Below are positions 22,321-34,648 of a DNA stretch of 64,000 bases, piece by piece. The notes below the pieces were generated by a model that saw only the letters and a list, made by a program, of their open reading frames with translations, had not been told where the DNA came from and did no database searches. The stretch's first letter is position 1. Each line of letters begins with the position of its first letter. The position numbers were made by a program, and so were the translations under genes. The stretch is from NCBI GenBank assembly GCA_025594325.1, contig JANHCV010000001.1, positions 1,054,001-1,118,000 of the forward strand. Reading direction: 5' to 3'. This stretch comes from Blastocladiella emersonii ATCC 22665. Taxonomy: Eukaryota > Fungi > Blastocladiomycota.

Positions 22321-23895
22321 ATGGACCCCTACACCGCCTCGTCGCTATCGTCGCTCGGCCCTGAGGACGCCATCACCGTGGGCCCGACCGTTGTCGCGCC
22401 GCGCCCGCCCACCGTGCCCGCCGTGCGCACGCTGAGCGAAGCCGAGGTTGCGGCCGCGGTGTCCACACACGCCGCCGAGGTGACAGCGCGCATTGAGCAC
22501 GCCGTGACGAGCGACCACGCCCTGGTCGCGAAACCCGATGCCAGCAAGCCCTTCACGTCGCTCGTCGACGCCTTTGAGCGCCTCGTCCCGTTCCACGTCC
22601 TGCAGTACCCCGAAGACGACCTGCGCCGCCTGCTCGCCGGCGCGACCCCGCGCACCCGCGACACGCCGCCGTCCGCTGCCGAGACCGACGTGCTGCGCCG
22701 CGCGGGCGAGCTCGAGGCGCGCCTCGACGCGTCGTTGCGCAAGGACCTCGTCGACCCCGCCCGCGACCCCGTCTCGCTGCAGGCGCTCCAGCTGCTGCAG
22801 GAGGAGCAGCGCAACGCCAAGAACGCCGCGCAGGCCCGCCTCAGCCAGGCCCGCAACAAGTACCGCGAGGCGTCCAACCGCCTGACCTCCGCCACCACCG
22901 TCGCCGCCCCGCCGCCGCAGCGCCCCGGGCCCATGGACCGCGGCCGCACCGGCATGAAGCGCAAGGTCCAGAAGGACCCGGTCCCGCTCACCGCGGGGCC
23001 CGCGCAGCCGCAGCACCAGCCGCTACCGGGCGCCGCGCCATACCACCCGGGCTACCCGCAGCCGGGCATGACGACGTCGTACATTTCGTCGGCCGCCGCG
23101 GTCCCGCCGACCGTCCCGCACGCGACCGCGCCCGGCGGCGCCGTGCCGCAGTACATGGGCTACCCGCCGCCCTACTACGGCGCGCCCGGGCCCGCCCCCG
23201 CGCCCATGTACTCGTACGCGATGCAGTCGTACTACGCGTCCATGGCGGCGGCTGCGGCGGCTGGGAGCCCGCAGGCCGCGCCGATCCCGTCGCCCGCGGG
23301 AGCGGCTGCGCCTGTTGCGGCGAGTTCCGCACCAGCTTCGGGCATCTCGAGCCCAGCAGTGACCGTGCCGCCGACACCGCAAGTCGTCAACCCCGCCGCC
23401 ACGCAGCCGCCACCATCAACGGCCGCTACGCCCGCTCCCAGTTCGGCCATGGCTGCACCTCAACCAGGCTATCCCGCCGGCGCTCCTGCACCCGTCGCCC
23501 CGCCGCCGGGCTACCCCGCCGGTGGTCCTGCCGTCGGCGCTCAGCCAGGCTACCCCGCTGGCCCGCCGCCGGGCTACCCGCCCGCGCCGGGCATGTACGG
23601 CATGCCGATGCCGATGCCAATGATGGGCGCCTACTTCAACCCGTACCTGTACAACGCGTTTGCCCAGCGGACCGCGCCCGCGCCGGGACCGATGCAGCAA
23701 CCTGGCGTTGCGCCTGGACCACCACCGCACGCGGCCGCTCCTGTTCCCGCTCAACCCGGCGTGCCGGTTCCCGGCTACGCTCCGCCGCCGCCGCAAGCTC
23801 CCGCGGTGACGACCGCGAGCGCTGCACCGGCCCCACCACCAGCACCCACGGCCGAGCCGGCAGCGAAGCGGCAAAAGACGGACGGCGACGCATGA
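22321..23895 (+). CDS. GLTSCR1/BICRA-domain protein with Pro/Ala/Tyr-rich low-complexity C-terminus
   Basis: KPDASKPFTSLVDAFERLVPFHVLQ matches the GLTSCR1 conserved motif (PD...PF.S..DA..RL.PYHV) and is followed by a coiled coil. The C-terminus has an NLS-like PAAKRQK. Confidence 0.72.
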   Translation: MDPYTASSLSSLGPEDAITVGPTVVAPRPPTVPAVRTLSEAEVAAAVSTHAAEVTARIEHAVTSDHALVAKPDASKPFTSLVDAFERLVPFHVLQYPEDDLRRLLAGATPRTRDTPPSAAETDVLRRAGELEARLDASLRKDLVDPARDPVSLQALQLLQEEQRNAKNAAQARLSQARNKYREASNRLTSATTVAAPPPQRPGPMDRGRTGMKRKVQKDPVPLTAGPAQPQHQPLPGAAPYHPGYPQPGMTTSYISSAAAVPPTVPHATAPGGAVPQYMGYPPPYYGAPGPAPAPMYSYAMQSYYASMAAAAAAGSPQAAPIPSPAGAAAPVAASSAPASGISSPAVTVPPTPQVVNPAATQPPPSTAATPAPSSAMAAPQPGYPAGAPAPVAPPPGYPAGGPAVGAQPGYPAGPPPGYPPAPGMYGMPMPMPMMGAYFNPYLYNAFAQRTAPAPGPMQQPGVAPGPPPHAAAPVPAQPGVPVPGYAPPPPQAPAVTTASAAPAPPPAPTAEPAAKRQKTDGDA

Positions 23896-23950
23896 CGACG
23901 ACGACGATGGATGAATGAAACGTGTTATACTTGTATTTTTCTCGCCTCTC

Positions 23951-26673
23951 TCAATCCAGCGACACCATACGATCGAAAGACGCGTCCCAGCTCGCGTCCT
24001 CCTCGGCCACCACCGGCGGCATCGCCGGCGCGCCCGCAGCGCCCACGAGCGCCGCGTGCGACAGGCTCGAGTACGGCGCGGTCCCCGGCGTCGCCGTGGG
24101 CGACATCAGGTACCCCGCCCCGGCCCCGCAATCGATCCCGCCGCCCATCGACGGCGTCCCGAAATCGAACGCGGACGCGTGCCGGCGGAGCCCCGGGCGC
24201 ACGGGTGGCGCGGGGGTCGGGAGCCACGCGGCGGTGGAGGTGGTCGGGTTCGGGCTGTAGGACCACGACGGGTCGGTGTCGCCGAGGAACGGCGGCGGGG
24301 ACATGGCCGGGACACCACTGCCGTTGGCGAAGGACGTGTGGCTGGCCCATGCCGGCGGGAGGTCCGGGCTCGCGAGCGGCGTCGCGGACGCGGAGGACGG
24401 CGCGGCCCAGGAGAAGTCGGACGACGACGATGACGAGGACGCGCGGAGGCCCGAGCCAACACCGCTGCGCGGGGTGCGGGACGGGTACTGGTCGGCAGTC
24501 GTCCACGCGGCCGGGTGGTGGTGGTGGTGGTGGTGGGTGTGGTGGGCGGGCGGCGCGCGGCGGATACACGGGCGCTTGGTCGCGGGGAGCCACAGGTCCT
24601 CGATCCGCGGGCGCGCGGGCATCGCGTTCTCGTTGCCGCTGCCGTTGTTCGAGGGCGTCGGCGGTGGGGCGGGGAGCGCGGATCCCGCGAACGACGGCGC
24701 CGTGTGCGCACGGACGAGCGCGGGCGGGGTCGGTGTCGACAGGACGCCGAACGGGCGCGACGGGTAGCCGAACCCAAACCCAAACCCAAACGCGGCAGCG
24801 CGGGCCGGGGACGAAGCGGTCGCGGGCCGACCGAGCGAAATGTGCGGCGACCGCTGGCCGAGGATGACAGGGGGCGACGGCGGGGCGACCGTGTCGAGGG
24901 CGGGGTCCGTGAGGAGCTGGCGCAGGCGGTCCTCGAGCTCGTTAGGCGTGGCGAGCGCCGTGGACGCGAGCACGGCCGAGGCCAGGATCATGTCGGCGGG
25001 TGCGGGCGGCGACGCGTCGTCGATCGGGAGCAGCGGCGACATGGGCGGCGAGTAGTCGGTCGACGCGATCCCCTGCGACGAGCCGCCCCACGAGACGAGG
25101 TCCAGGTCGTCGTCGAGCAGTGACTGGCTCACGGCGTCGGCGCACGCGGTGGGCGGCGGCGGCGGTGGGAGGTGAACGGGCGCGGCGAGGTGGATGGAGG
25201 TGGGCGGCACGGGGACCGGGTCCATGTCCATGGTTTGGGATTGCGGGGCGGGGGCGGGGGCGGCGAGGGCGGGCGGCTCGACCTTGACGGGGACGACGGG
25301 CACGAGTTTGGGCGCGGGCTTCCAGTCGCGGGGCGCGAGCACGATCCGCTTCGGCTGCGGCTTTGGCGGCACCGGCGTCGCGGGAAGCGCCGGCGACGGA
25401 CGCGCAGCAGCAGCGCCCGTCCACTTGACGCCGTGCGCGGCCGTCGAGCACGGCATGACGAGCACGACGCCCTCATCGATCTCGCGCGCCGGCGTACGCG
25501 CGCGCGTTTCGGACGGCATCACGGGGGTCTCGGCCGTGACAATCGACTCGCGGCGGAGCACCGGGTTACTCTTGGTCCCCGCGACAGTCACGACGGACTG
25601 CGGCGTGCGATCGGGGACACGGCGGACAGCGAGCCGCGTCGCGCACGCGGCGCAGAACCACGTCGCGCCCTTGGCCGCGTCGGGCGTGCACTCGCTGTGC
25701 GTCCACGCCGAGCACGCGTCGCACCGGCGCAGCGACGCGTCGGGGGCGTCGTGCGCGACGGGGGAGGGGCACGCGCAGTACACGGTGCGGCGGGCCGGTG
25801 CCGCCGAGGCGGAGGACGCGGACGATTCGGCGTCGTCGGACCCTGCGGACATGGCGCTGCGGGCGAGGGCCGACGTGGGACCCGCGCGTTTCCGAGCGCC
25901 GGTGCCGTCGGCCGCCTTGCGCGGTTTGGCAGCGGATCGGCGCGCTGCAGCGCTCGCACCAGCGGCCCCGGCGGCGCGCAGGGCGAACGGGCGCGCGCAG
26001 TTGGGCAGGTGGGCCTCGAAGCCCGACCGCGCCTTCCACCGGTGCGTGCACCCGCGGCACACGAACGGTTTGAAGGTGCCGGGGCTGTGGTTGAGGCCGA
26101 CGCGGTGGTCCTCCTATCAACGGGTACACGCGTCAATGGTCGTGGTCCATGGTGTGCATTGCATCGAGTGGTGGTGCGCCGCAGCGGGCCGGGTGGGAGC
26201 GGGCGGGAGGGCAAGGGGATCACGGCGAGGATCAGCGGTGGGAGCGGATGGCGCGCGAATCTGGGCGTGCCGTGTCGCACGCCGCCCGCCCCGCCCCGCA
26301 TGGTGTCATCGTGAATGCATGCGCCCGCGCCTCCGTGCGTGCCCACACGCCGCCGCCCCCAACGCGCGGCGGCGATCCGCCAAGGAGAGAGAAGGGGAAG
26401 AAGGAAACGTACCTCGGTCAAGACGTAGTCGGGATCGCCGCGGGTCCCCGAGCCCGTGGCCCGCGGGCGGGTCGCCGCGCGGCCGGATCGTGGTGGCGGC
26501 ATCGCCTCGCTGGCCGATGGCGCGGCGGGAGCTGCGGTGGTGGTCGTTGGTGCGGGAGCAGCAGGGGTATGAGCTCGTGGCGGGACCAGCGACGGCGAGA
26601 CCACGAGCGCGGGGGAGACGACGAGCGGCGCAACGGCAACGACGGCGGACGGAGGCGCGTAGGGTAGCGACAT
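23951..26673 (-). CDS. Zinc-finger plus PHD-finger chromatin/transcription protein; at least 2 exons
   Basis: KPFVCRGCTHRWKARSGFEAHLPNC (C2HC-type finger) and YCACP..RCDACSAWTHSEC..WFCAAC (PHD), then a long disordered tail. Intron 26114-26412 joins exon 1 (MSLPYAPP..DYVLTE) in phase 0. Confidence 0.7.
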
Positions 26674-28675
26674 GGTGCGATGGGGGTGCGCGCAGGGGAA
26701 TGAATCGGGGGAGGAACGAAGGGCTGGGTTGGGTGTATGCGCGCGAGCAGGGGAGCGTGAGCGGCGCCGCGTTGCGAGGAGATGGTGCGGCGGCAGCGGG
26801 CAGCAAGGAGTCAGAGGCCCGATGCTGCTCCAGCAAGGTGCAGAAGAGGGCCGGGAGGGCGAGGGTGGGCAACGTGGACAAGGCCGCCCAGCACGAGGCC
26901 GGCACAGGGGGTTACGCCAGGGGGATTGCTTGCTGCCAGAGCGCCCAGTGTGGGTCGCCGGTGCGGGGGAGGATGAGGGCCGTGAAAGAGGAGGAGGATG
27001 GGGAGAGAGAGCGCCGTGCTTGTATGCAGCCGCGCACACGGGCGATGCCGATCCCTTGGTCGGCCGAGGGCGCCGAGGTCGCTGCCGGCGTGGCGGAACC
27101 CGGAGCTGTGAGTCGTGTGCGTCCGCGCCTGCGCTGCACGATGCAGGCGGTGCTGGTCGGTGATGTGATGTGGTAGGGGACGGGAGCGCGGAGAGCGGAG
27201 AGAAGCAGTCGAAGAATCGGGCCGAATGCGATAGCAGGCCCAGTTGTCTCAGTGACAGCCTCAGCTTCGTTCGCTCGCTCGCGGATTTAGCCCACCGTGT
27301 TGATTCGACGTCGAGTTCGAGGCCTCAACATCACGGCGTAGCGCAACAAGCATCCGCGGCAGCGGCGGATCCCACGGCGCGGACCTGATGAAGAGGCGGC
27401 GGCAGCGGTCCCACCGTCCGCGTGGGCACGGACTCGCGCTCTCATGTGGTGATCGGCGCTGTGGCCGCCGGTCGTGGCGCGGCTCGAATACGCTGATCAT
27501 GATGCGATACTGCGCGCATGGTCGGCTTCGCGGCCGTGGGATCCGGCATTGCGATAGTGACATCGAGAGTAGAGTCGCTGCTGCGCTCGCGAACGTTCGC
27601 GCGCTCAGCTCGGCGGGCCGGCAGCTGCTCAGCACGCGAGCGATCGGCCGCGTTCACGCGCGCGATCTCGCCCGTGGGAACCGTCGTTGTCGTTCATGTG
27701 CCTCGCAGCGTGGCTGCGGTGGGAGTTCTCGTCCAACGAGCGCATCGACACGCGTTCCAGAGAAGCCAGCGTGGCTCGTGCTCTCGAGCTCGCGGAAAAT
27801 ATTTTGCCCGGCATAAAATAGCAACACCAGATGCGATCCTGCGAATTCCTCTCTTCGCCTTAACCAGAGCACTCATCAGCAACCTTAGGGGTGCAAAAAA
27901 CGCGTGCGAACGGTCGGCGGCCGAACGCGTCGCGCAGTGCGAGACACGCGCGCGAGACAAAACGCGTGGCGCGCGTGAAAAGTGGACTCAAGCACGTGAG
28001 CTCCAAGTGACCTCGTCGCCGCGCGAAGAGGCTGGAGGGCGGGCGCGGCTCGCGGATCGATCCCGGACGCGGTCGCTCGATTTTTTCACGGGCGTGTTCA
28101 GTCGTCACCGAACAAGCGGTCTGGAAGAGCAACGCATAGAGAGAACTCAGTGGAAAAAATTTCATGGCCGAGGCAGGGGTCCTGGCCGAGGGGAACGGGG
28201 CTGGCCGGGTTAAGCTCAAGCTTCGCGCACTCAAACCGAGGCGGCAGGGACTGATGAAGAACAGTTCTACAACTAGCACGATGCCGTGAAGTCAGTCTCG
28301 GTGAACATGCGAGCGGGAGAAGCCGAAGGAAACGTACCGGGAGGGGCAAGGGCGGAGCAGCGCAGCAGCGATGAGGGCGCGGGACAGTGGCGAGCCGTGC
28401 GCAGCAGCAAACGTGCGCCGTACAAGCACTCCCGTGAGAAAATTAATGATCGAGCAGTGCGGGAGAGTGGGCTGCGCAGAGCTCGGGCTCAGCAGCGCAC
28501 CGAGCGAAAAAGCCCAGCGAGACGGATCAGGTGAGCGTCAGCTGAGGGTCGCGAGGCGTGTTTTGTCTCCCGTCTCGCAGCTTCCCAGTCCTCGTCAGTC
28601 AGAGCTCTGCGCAAAAGTCGCCAAGTCGTCTATCTCAGTTCCCACACACGCCATATCAGCCGCGCCCCCCTGTCC

Positions 28676-31624
28676 TCACGGGTGCTGCCATCCGGCCTTG
28701 TGCCCGATCGACATACCGACGCGGACCAGGGTCTCGAGTTTGCGGCTCGAGTTGGCGACGAGGTCGGCGTCGAGCTCGATGCGGCCGGGCTCGAATAGCA
28801 CGATTATGGTCGACCCGCCGAACGCAAAGTACCCCTGCTCGTCCATGCGGGCGACGCGCTGGCCCTCGGTCGTCGTGTGCACGATCGAGCCCACCATCAT
28901 GGCGCCGATCGCGACGAAGGCGACGGTGCCGAAATGGTCGCTCGCGATGGTCGTCACGGTACGCTTGTTCTCGAGGTACACGTCGACGGCGCTGCGGATC
29001 GCCATCGGGTTGACGGTGAAGTAGCTTCCGGCGACGTCGGCCGTGGGGCCCACGACGCCGTCGACCGGGTGATGGAACCGGTGGTAGTCCTGCGGCGCGA
29101 GGCGGAAGATGACGAGCGACCCGCCGGCGTACCGGTTGGCGAGGGACTCGGAGTTGAGCAGGCCCGCGAGGGTGAAGTTGCGGCCCTTGATCCACAGCTC
29201 GCGCGCCGCGTCGATGGTCGGGAACGCCATGAGCCGGCAGTCGGCCGCGGACACGGCCACCTCGGGGAACTTGCTGCCGAGCGTGCGCGCGCCCGGCTTG
29301 AGCTTGCGGTAGAAGAACTCGTTGAAGTTCTTGAACGAGTCGAGCGGGTCGAGGATCTCGTCGCGGTTGAGGTTGTGGTACTTGATGAATTTCGGGATCT
29401 CGGCCACGGACTTCGGGTCCGTGTACTTTACGCCCTGCTTGACCGACATGCTGTGCAGCATCTTGCGCACCTTGGCCGTCTCGACGGCCGACCCGCCGCC
29501 CGCACGGTACAGCATGCGGATCCCGAGCCGCACGAACGTCGGGATCTTCTCCTCAAGGACCTGCCCGTTGTCGCGGTTGACGACGATGATGTTGGCGCTG
29601 TCGGCGCCGATCGAGTACTCGCCGCGCGTCAGCTTGTGCACCAGCTTGGTCAGGCCCTTGCGCGACGACTGGTTCTCGGTCACGAACCCGCCCATCATGA
29701 GCGACTCGGTCTCGACCTCCGCCGCTTCGCGCGCCGTCGTGAGACTACACGTCCTCGTGCGACGCATTAGCCGTGCTCTCGCTCACAAACCGGGGACCAC
29801 GACGTACCAGTGCTCGAGGTGCGGCACGACATCCGCGTCGTCCTTGAACCACGCGGGGCACGACGGGCATTTGGCGAGCCCGACGAGCACCGTGTCGGAC
29901 GTGAGCACGCCGAACAACTGGTCGATGATGGACAGCGCCTCGGCCGTTGTCAGGTCGGCGTCGCGGGGCTTGCCGCGCGACGCGTACGCCGCGTCGAGCG
30001 CCTCGTCCTCGACTTCGGGGCCGCCGAGCGCTTCCTACACGCACATGTCATGGGGAGGGTGAGTGGTCGCCTCGCTGGGCTTCGAGCGAATGAGTGCACG
30101 TACCAGCAGCGTGACAAGCTCATCGCTCGAAATCTGTCCATCGCCATTCTCGTCAAATTTGGCAAGCAAGCTCGACCAGATGCCGGCGCGGACCTCGGCA
30201 ATCGGGCGGTACACGGCGCGGATCGCGACGGACGCGGGGGTGCGCAAGACCGTAGCGTGCTCGGTGCTGACGGCGAGCGGGAGCGTGAGCACGTCCGGGT
30301 GGCGGCCGGCGCGGAGGTCGGCGACGGCGACCTCGGCCTGCCCGATGAAGTCGTTGGACGTGAACTTGTCGGCGTCGTAGACGGAGATGGTCACGGGCCA
30401 CGAGGTCGCGAGCACTGTCACGGGCAGCACGACGCGCTGGTTCCACACCGGGTCCAGGTTGTGGTTGATGGTCCGCGTGCGGTGGCAACGGTCGCCGAGC
30501 GTCACGACGGCGAACGGGTCCATGTCGAAGGTGGCTACGCGAAGGGTACGCTGGAGGTCAGACAACGGGGAGGCGACGGGCGTCGAGGATAGGCGTACTC
30601 TTGGTCACGGCGCGGATCGGTGGCAGGTTGTTGGCGCCAATCACTAGATCGGAGTCGCGAGAGTCAGGGTGCGTTTACACGAGCACGGTGAAATGAGAGG
30701 ATACGAACCGTCCACGACGAGCAGGCCGTCGAGGTCCTTGGAGATGTTCCCGCGATGGCGACGGGCTACAGGGAGCGCGAGTTGAGCGCACAAACCACGA
30801 CACCGCGAAACCCATCATAGGGTACCAGGAGCCGACGAGATAGTCGACCCGACCTCATCGAGCGCGCCGAGGGAGAGCGACCCGATGAGCGAAGTCAACA
30901 GTCCCTCGTCGCCCACGACGCCGGCGCGGACCTGGATGTCGCCCGTGACGGACGAGCCCGGGTTGCGCTGGAGGAGCTTGAACCAGGGCGCCGAGTCGCG
31001 GTCCGCGTCCGTGACCGTGTTGGGGTCGCCGGGGAAGCGGGTGCGCAGGATCTCCTCGAGCTTGAGGTAGCACACGCCGAGAAAGTCGTTGGGCCGCATG
31101 ATGTCGTGGTCCCACACGGTCAGCTTGAGCGAGAGCGGGACGGGCGTCGGCAGCGGGCTAGACGGGTCGAAAGGGTCAGCCGCGTCGTGGGGCAAGATGG
31201 GGAGGAGTGGCCGGCGTATTTACAAGGTGATGACCTCGTCCCAGTCGGGGTTCAGCGACTTCTTGATGACCTTGGTCTTGGCCTTGGTGGCGCCAAACTC
31301 GACGATCACAAACGGGTCGGAGAAGCCTGGTCCGGGGCGGTCAGTCGGATTCGAGCGGAGCGGATAGAGTGCAGCAGGATGGCGCAGCAGCACGACGCAC
31401 CGTTGGGGTCCTTGGCAGCGAGCCCGCGGCCGCGGATGACTGGTTGGCGGCCGAGCAAGGCAAGTGCGCGCAGTTACATGTAGATTACATTTGGTCCATA
31501 GAGCATCAGGCGAGTCGCAAAGAGGGAGAGCGGGAGGAGTGTGTGTGGCACAGTCAGTTGTCGTTCGATGCAGCCAGCGCGCGATGCGATGCCACGCACT
31601 CTGAATGACGAGCGTAGCAGTCAT
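28676..31624 (-). CDS. PSD2: Phosphatidylserine decarboxylase 2 (two C2 domains, EF-hand region, decarboxylase domain); multi-exon
   Basis: Spliced N-terminus MTATLVIQIIRGRGLAAKDPNG|FSDPFV (C2 domain) and a second C2 (MDPFAVV..HNLDPVWNQ). Catalytic FNEFFYRKLK, RLAPQDYHRFH and the self-cleavage motif FGGST are present. The start is uncertain. Confidence 0.9.
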
Positions 31625-32078
31625 GGCGTCGTCGTGGTCGGGTTGCCGCAGGTGGTCGAGCGAGGAAGCGGACGAGGAGGAGTGGGAGTGGGTCGAGCGG
31701 TCGGAGGATCCCTTGGCCCGTCGCGAGTGCACGGCTCGGGCGAGGGCGCGGTACGTGGAGGTGATGCGATGAATGGTGGCGATGAGGGACGGGAGGAGAG
31801 AGAGCGGGTTCCCCTTGCAAGTCCCGCAGCGTGGGCCGGAGGGGGAGGGGCTGCGGGTACGGAAGCAGGGAGAGGCGCAGTGCCGCAGGTGCGCCGCGCC
31901 GCCGAGGCGGTGCCCAGGTAGGCCGCTTCTCTCTCCGCTGACCCAGCCGCTGACCCTTCTCTCGGAAGCTCGGGTGCGACGCAAGCTAGAGGCGCGCGTG
32001 ATTGATGATCAAGAGAATTTATGGCACACGGGATCGGGGGGTTAATTACAGGGTAGCGAGCGAGCGGGCGGGCGGGCG

Positions 32079-32474
32079 TCACGACGAGAAGAGCTGGGCG
32101 TGCGGAAACTGCAGCTGGATCAGGTCGTTGAGCACGTCGAGGTCGACCGTGTTGGGCCACGAGCGGTACGACTGCATGCGCACGGTCCCGTCGGCCTCGG
32201 CCTCGCCGACCACCTCCATGAACGCCGTCTCTGGCGGGATCGCCTGGTTGAGGTGCACCGTGACGCGGCCCTGGTCGGCCGTGATGAGGATCGCCTGATG
32301 GGGGCTGTTCATCTACACAGGTGTGGAGGTGTGAGTGAGTGCAAGTCCCCACGGTCCTCCTCTCACAGCAGAGATGCGCACCGACTCGACGCGGCCGGGC
32401 AGGACCACCGTCTTGCCGACAAACTGGCTCAGCATGGCCGCGTTGACGCGGAAGTAGGATTTGCTCTCATCCAT
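32079..32474 (-). CDS. RPA3: Replication protein A small subunit (RPA14/RPA3-like); 2 exons
   Basis: RVNAAMLSQFVGKTVVLPGRV...EVVG...DLDVLNDLIQL is a small OB-fold pattern typical of RPA14. Intron at 32313-32381. Confidence 0.75.
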
Positions 32475-32812
32475 GTTGTTGATGATGCGTTGCAGGTTGT
32501 GTCTGGTAGGGAGAGAGAGGAGGGACCGAGAGCGTTGGGAGTCAACGGCCGCCCGACCGACCGACCGGCCGAGCGCGGTGAGTCGGTCCCGTCCGGTTTT
32601 CGCGTGGCGACGGGAGTGGCAGTGCGAGACAGAAGCGGGCACGTGGCGATGGGGATCCCGCCCAAACCGGGTTTTCGCGCACACAACACGGTCTGTGGGC
32701 GCCGCCGCCGCGGGCCCGGTCGGACGCGCGCCGGCCGCTCTTCCCCCTCCTCGACCACGGCGGCGGTGTCAGGGTCCTGCTCGTTGAACCGTCCTCGTCG
32801 CCGATCACCGCC

Positions 32813-34394
32813 ATGTTCCGCTCCGCCGCCTCCCGTCTCGCTGCCGTCACGCGGGTAACGTGTCCCCGCACACCATGCATCAACCGGATCGGGTCGCCGC
32901 TGCTCTCGTGCTGCTTCTGCTGCTACGCTGGCTGCTCTGAACGCCGCGAACACCATGTGAGAGCCCACGGTTGCAATGGTCGCGCCGTGATGGGGTTCCT
33001 CGACTTGCACCGCTTGGCAGCTCGCTCGCCGTGCCAGACCCTCGAGAGTCAACCAACAGCCAGAGCAGCACGAGAAGCAGCGCGGACGGCCCGATCCGCC
33101 CAGGAAACCGTGCCTAACCCCTCGCCAACCCACCCTCTAGCCCGCCATCGCGGCCCAGAAGCGCAACCTCTCGGTGCACGAGTACATCTCGGCCGACGTG
33201 CTGCGCCAGCATGGCGTCAAGGTGCCGCGCGGCGGCGTCGCCCACACGGCCGAGGAGGCCGCCGAGGTGGCGCGCCAGCTCGCCACCGACGACCTGGTCA
33301 TCAAGGCCCAGGTGCTGGCCGGCGGCCGCGGCAAGGGTCACTTCACCTCGGGCCTGCAGGGCGGCGTCAAGGTGTGCTACGAGGCCGCCGAGATCCCCGC
33401 CTACGCCAAGCAGATGCTCGGCTCCACCCTCATCACCAAGCAGACGGGCGCCGCCGGCAAGCCCTGCAACACCGTCTACGTCGTCGAGCGCCTCTACCCG
33501 CGCCGCGAATACTACTTTGCCATCCTCATGGACCGCAAGTACCAGGGCCCCGTCCTCGTCGGCTCCAACCAGGGTGGTGTCGACATCGAGACCGTCGCCG
33601 CTGCCACCCCCGACGCCATCAAGACCATGCCCATCGACATCCAGACCGGTCTGTCGCGCGAGCAGGCCCGCCAGTTTGCCCGCGACATGGGCTTCCCGAC
33701 CAAGGCCGTCGACGACGCCGCCGAGACCTTCATCAAGCTCTACGACGTGTTCATCTCCAAGGACGCCACCATGGTCGAGATCAACCCCCTCGCCGAGGTC
33801 TCCACCGGCGAGGTCGTGTGCATGGACGCCAAGGTCTCGTTCGACGACAACGCCGACTTCCGCCAGGCCGACGTGTTCCAGCTCCGCGACACGACCCAGG
33901 AGGACCCGCGCGAGGTCAAGGCCGCCGAGGCCAAGCTCAACTACATTGGCCTCGACGGCAACATTGGCTGCCTCGTCAACGGCGCCGGCCTCGCCATGGC
34001 CACCATGGACATCATCAAGCTCAACGGCGGCGACCCCGCCAACTTCCTCGACGTCGGCGGCTCCGCCACCACCCAGCAGGTGACCGACGCCTTCAAGATC
34101 ATCTCGTCGGACCCGCGCGTCTCGGCCATCCTCGTCAACATCTTCGGCGGCATCATGCGCTGCGACGTGATCGCCCAGGGCGTCATCGAGGCGTGCCAGA
34201 CCCTCGACCTCTCGATCCCCCTCATTGTCCGCCTCCAGGGCACCAAGGTCGACGAGGCCAAGAAGCTCATCCGCGAGTCGGGCCTCAAGATCGTGTCCGA
34301 GGACGACCTCGACGAGGCCGCCAAGAAGGCCGTCGCCCTCTCCAAGATCACCCAGATCGCCCGCGAGGCCGACGTCAACGTCACCTTCGGCTAA
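32813..34394 (+). CDS. LSC2: Mitochondrial succinyl-CoA ligase beta subunit; 2 exons
   Basis: Presequence, then KRNLSVHEY after intron 32855-33140. Motifs [40 protein letters not shown] and [11 protein letters not shown]. Confidence 0.97.
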
Positions 34395-34648
34395 AGCGTC
34401 TCTCTCGCCCGCTTTCCTTCTCTCTGACCTCTACCCCACCCACCTTCCTCCCCTCTCGGTTGTCTGGCTCGCGAGCTCCACGGATACATGATGATGATCG
34501 ATTTCGTCCCGCTCCGTCTCGTCTCGTTCGTCGCCTGCATCAACCCTCTTCCCTCTCGTCCCTCGTGCTAGTCTACACCAACCCCCACAACCGGAATAAT
34601 CCTCGAAGAATGTCGAACGAAAAATCGGAATACACTTACATTTCAATC

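Noticed and set aside
26114-26412. Long-range stem in the 299-nt intron of the PHD gene
   Set aside because: Complementarity is mostly low-complexity G-rich versus C-rich tracts and is not convincingly beyond chance.
32930-33056. TPP riboswitch or complete H/ACA snoRNA in the succinyl-CoA ligase intron
   Set aside because: Only a UGAGA and an H-box-like hexamer are present. The remaining TPP core and a correctly spaced ACA box were not found, so it is kept only as a structured intron.
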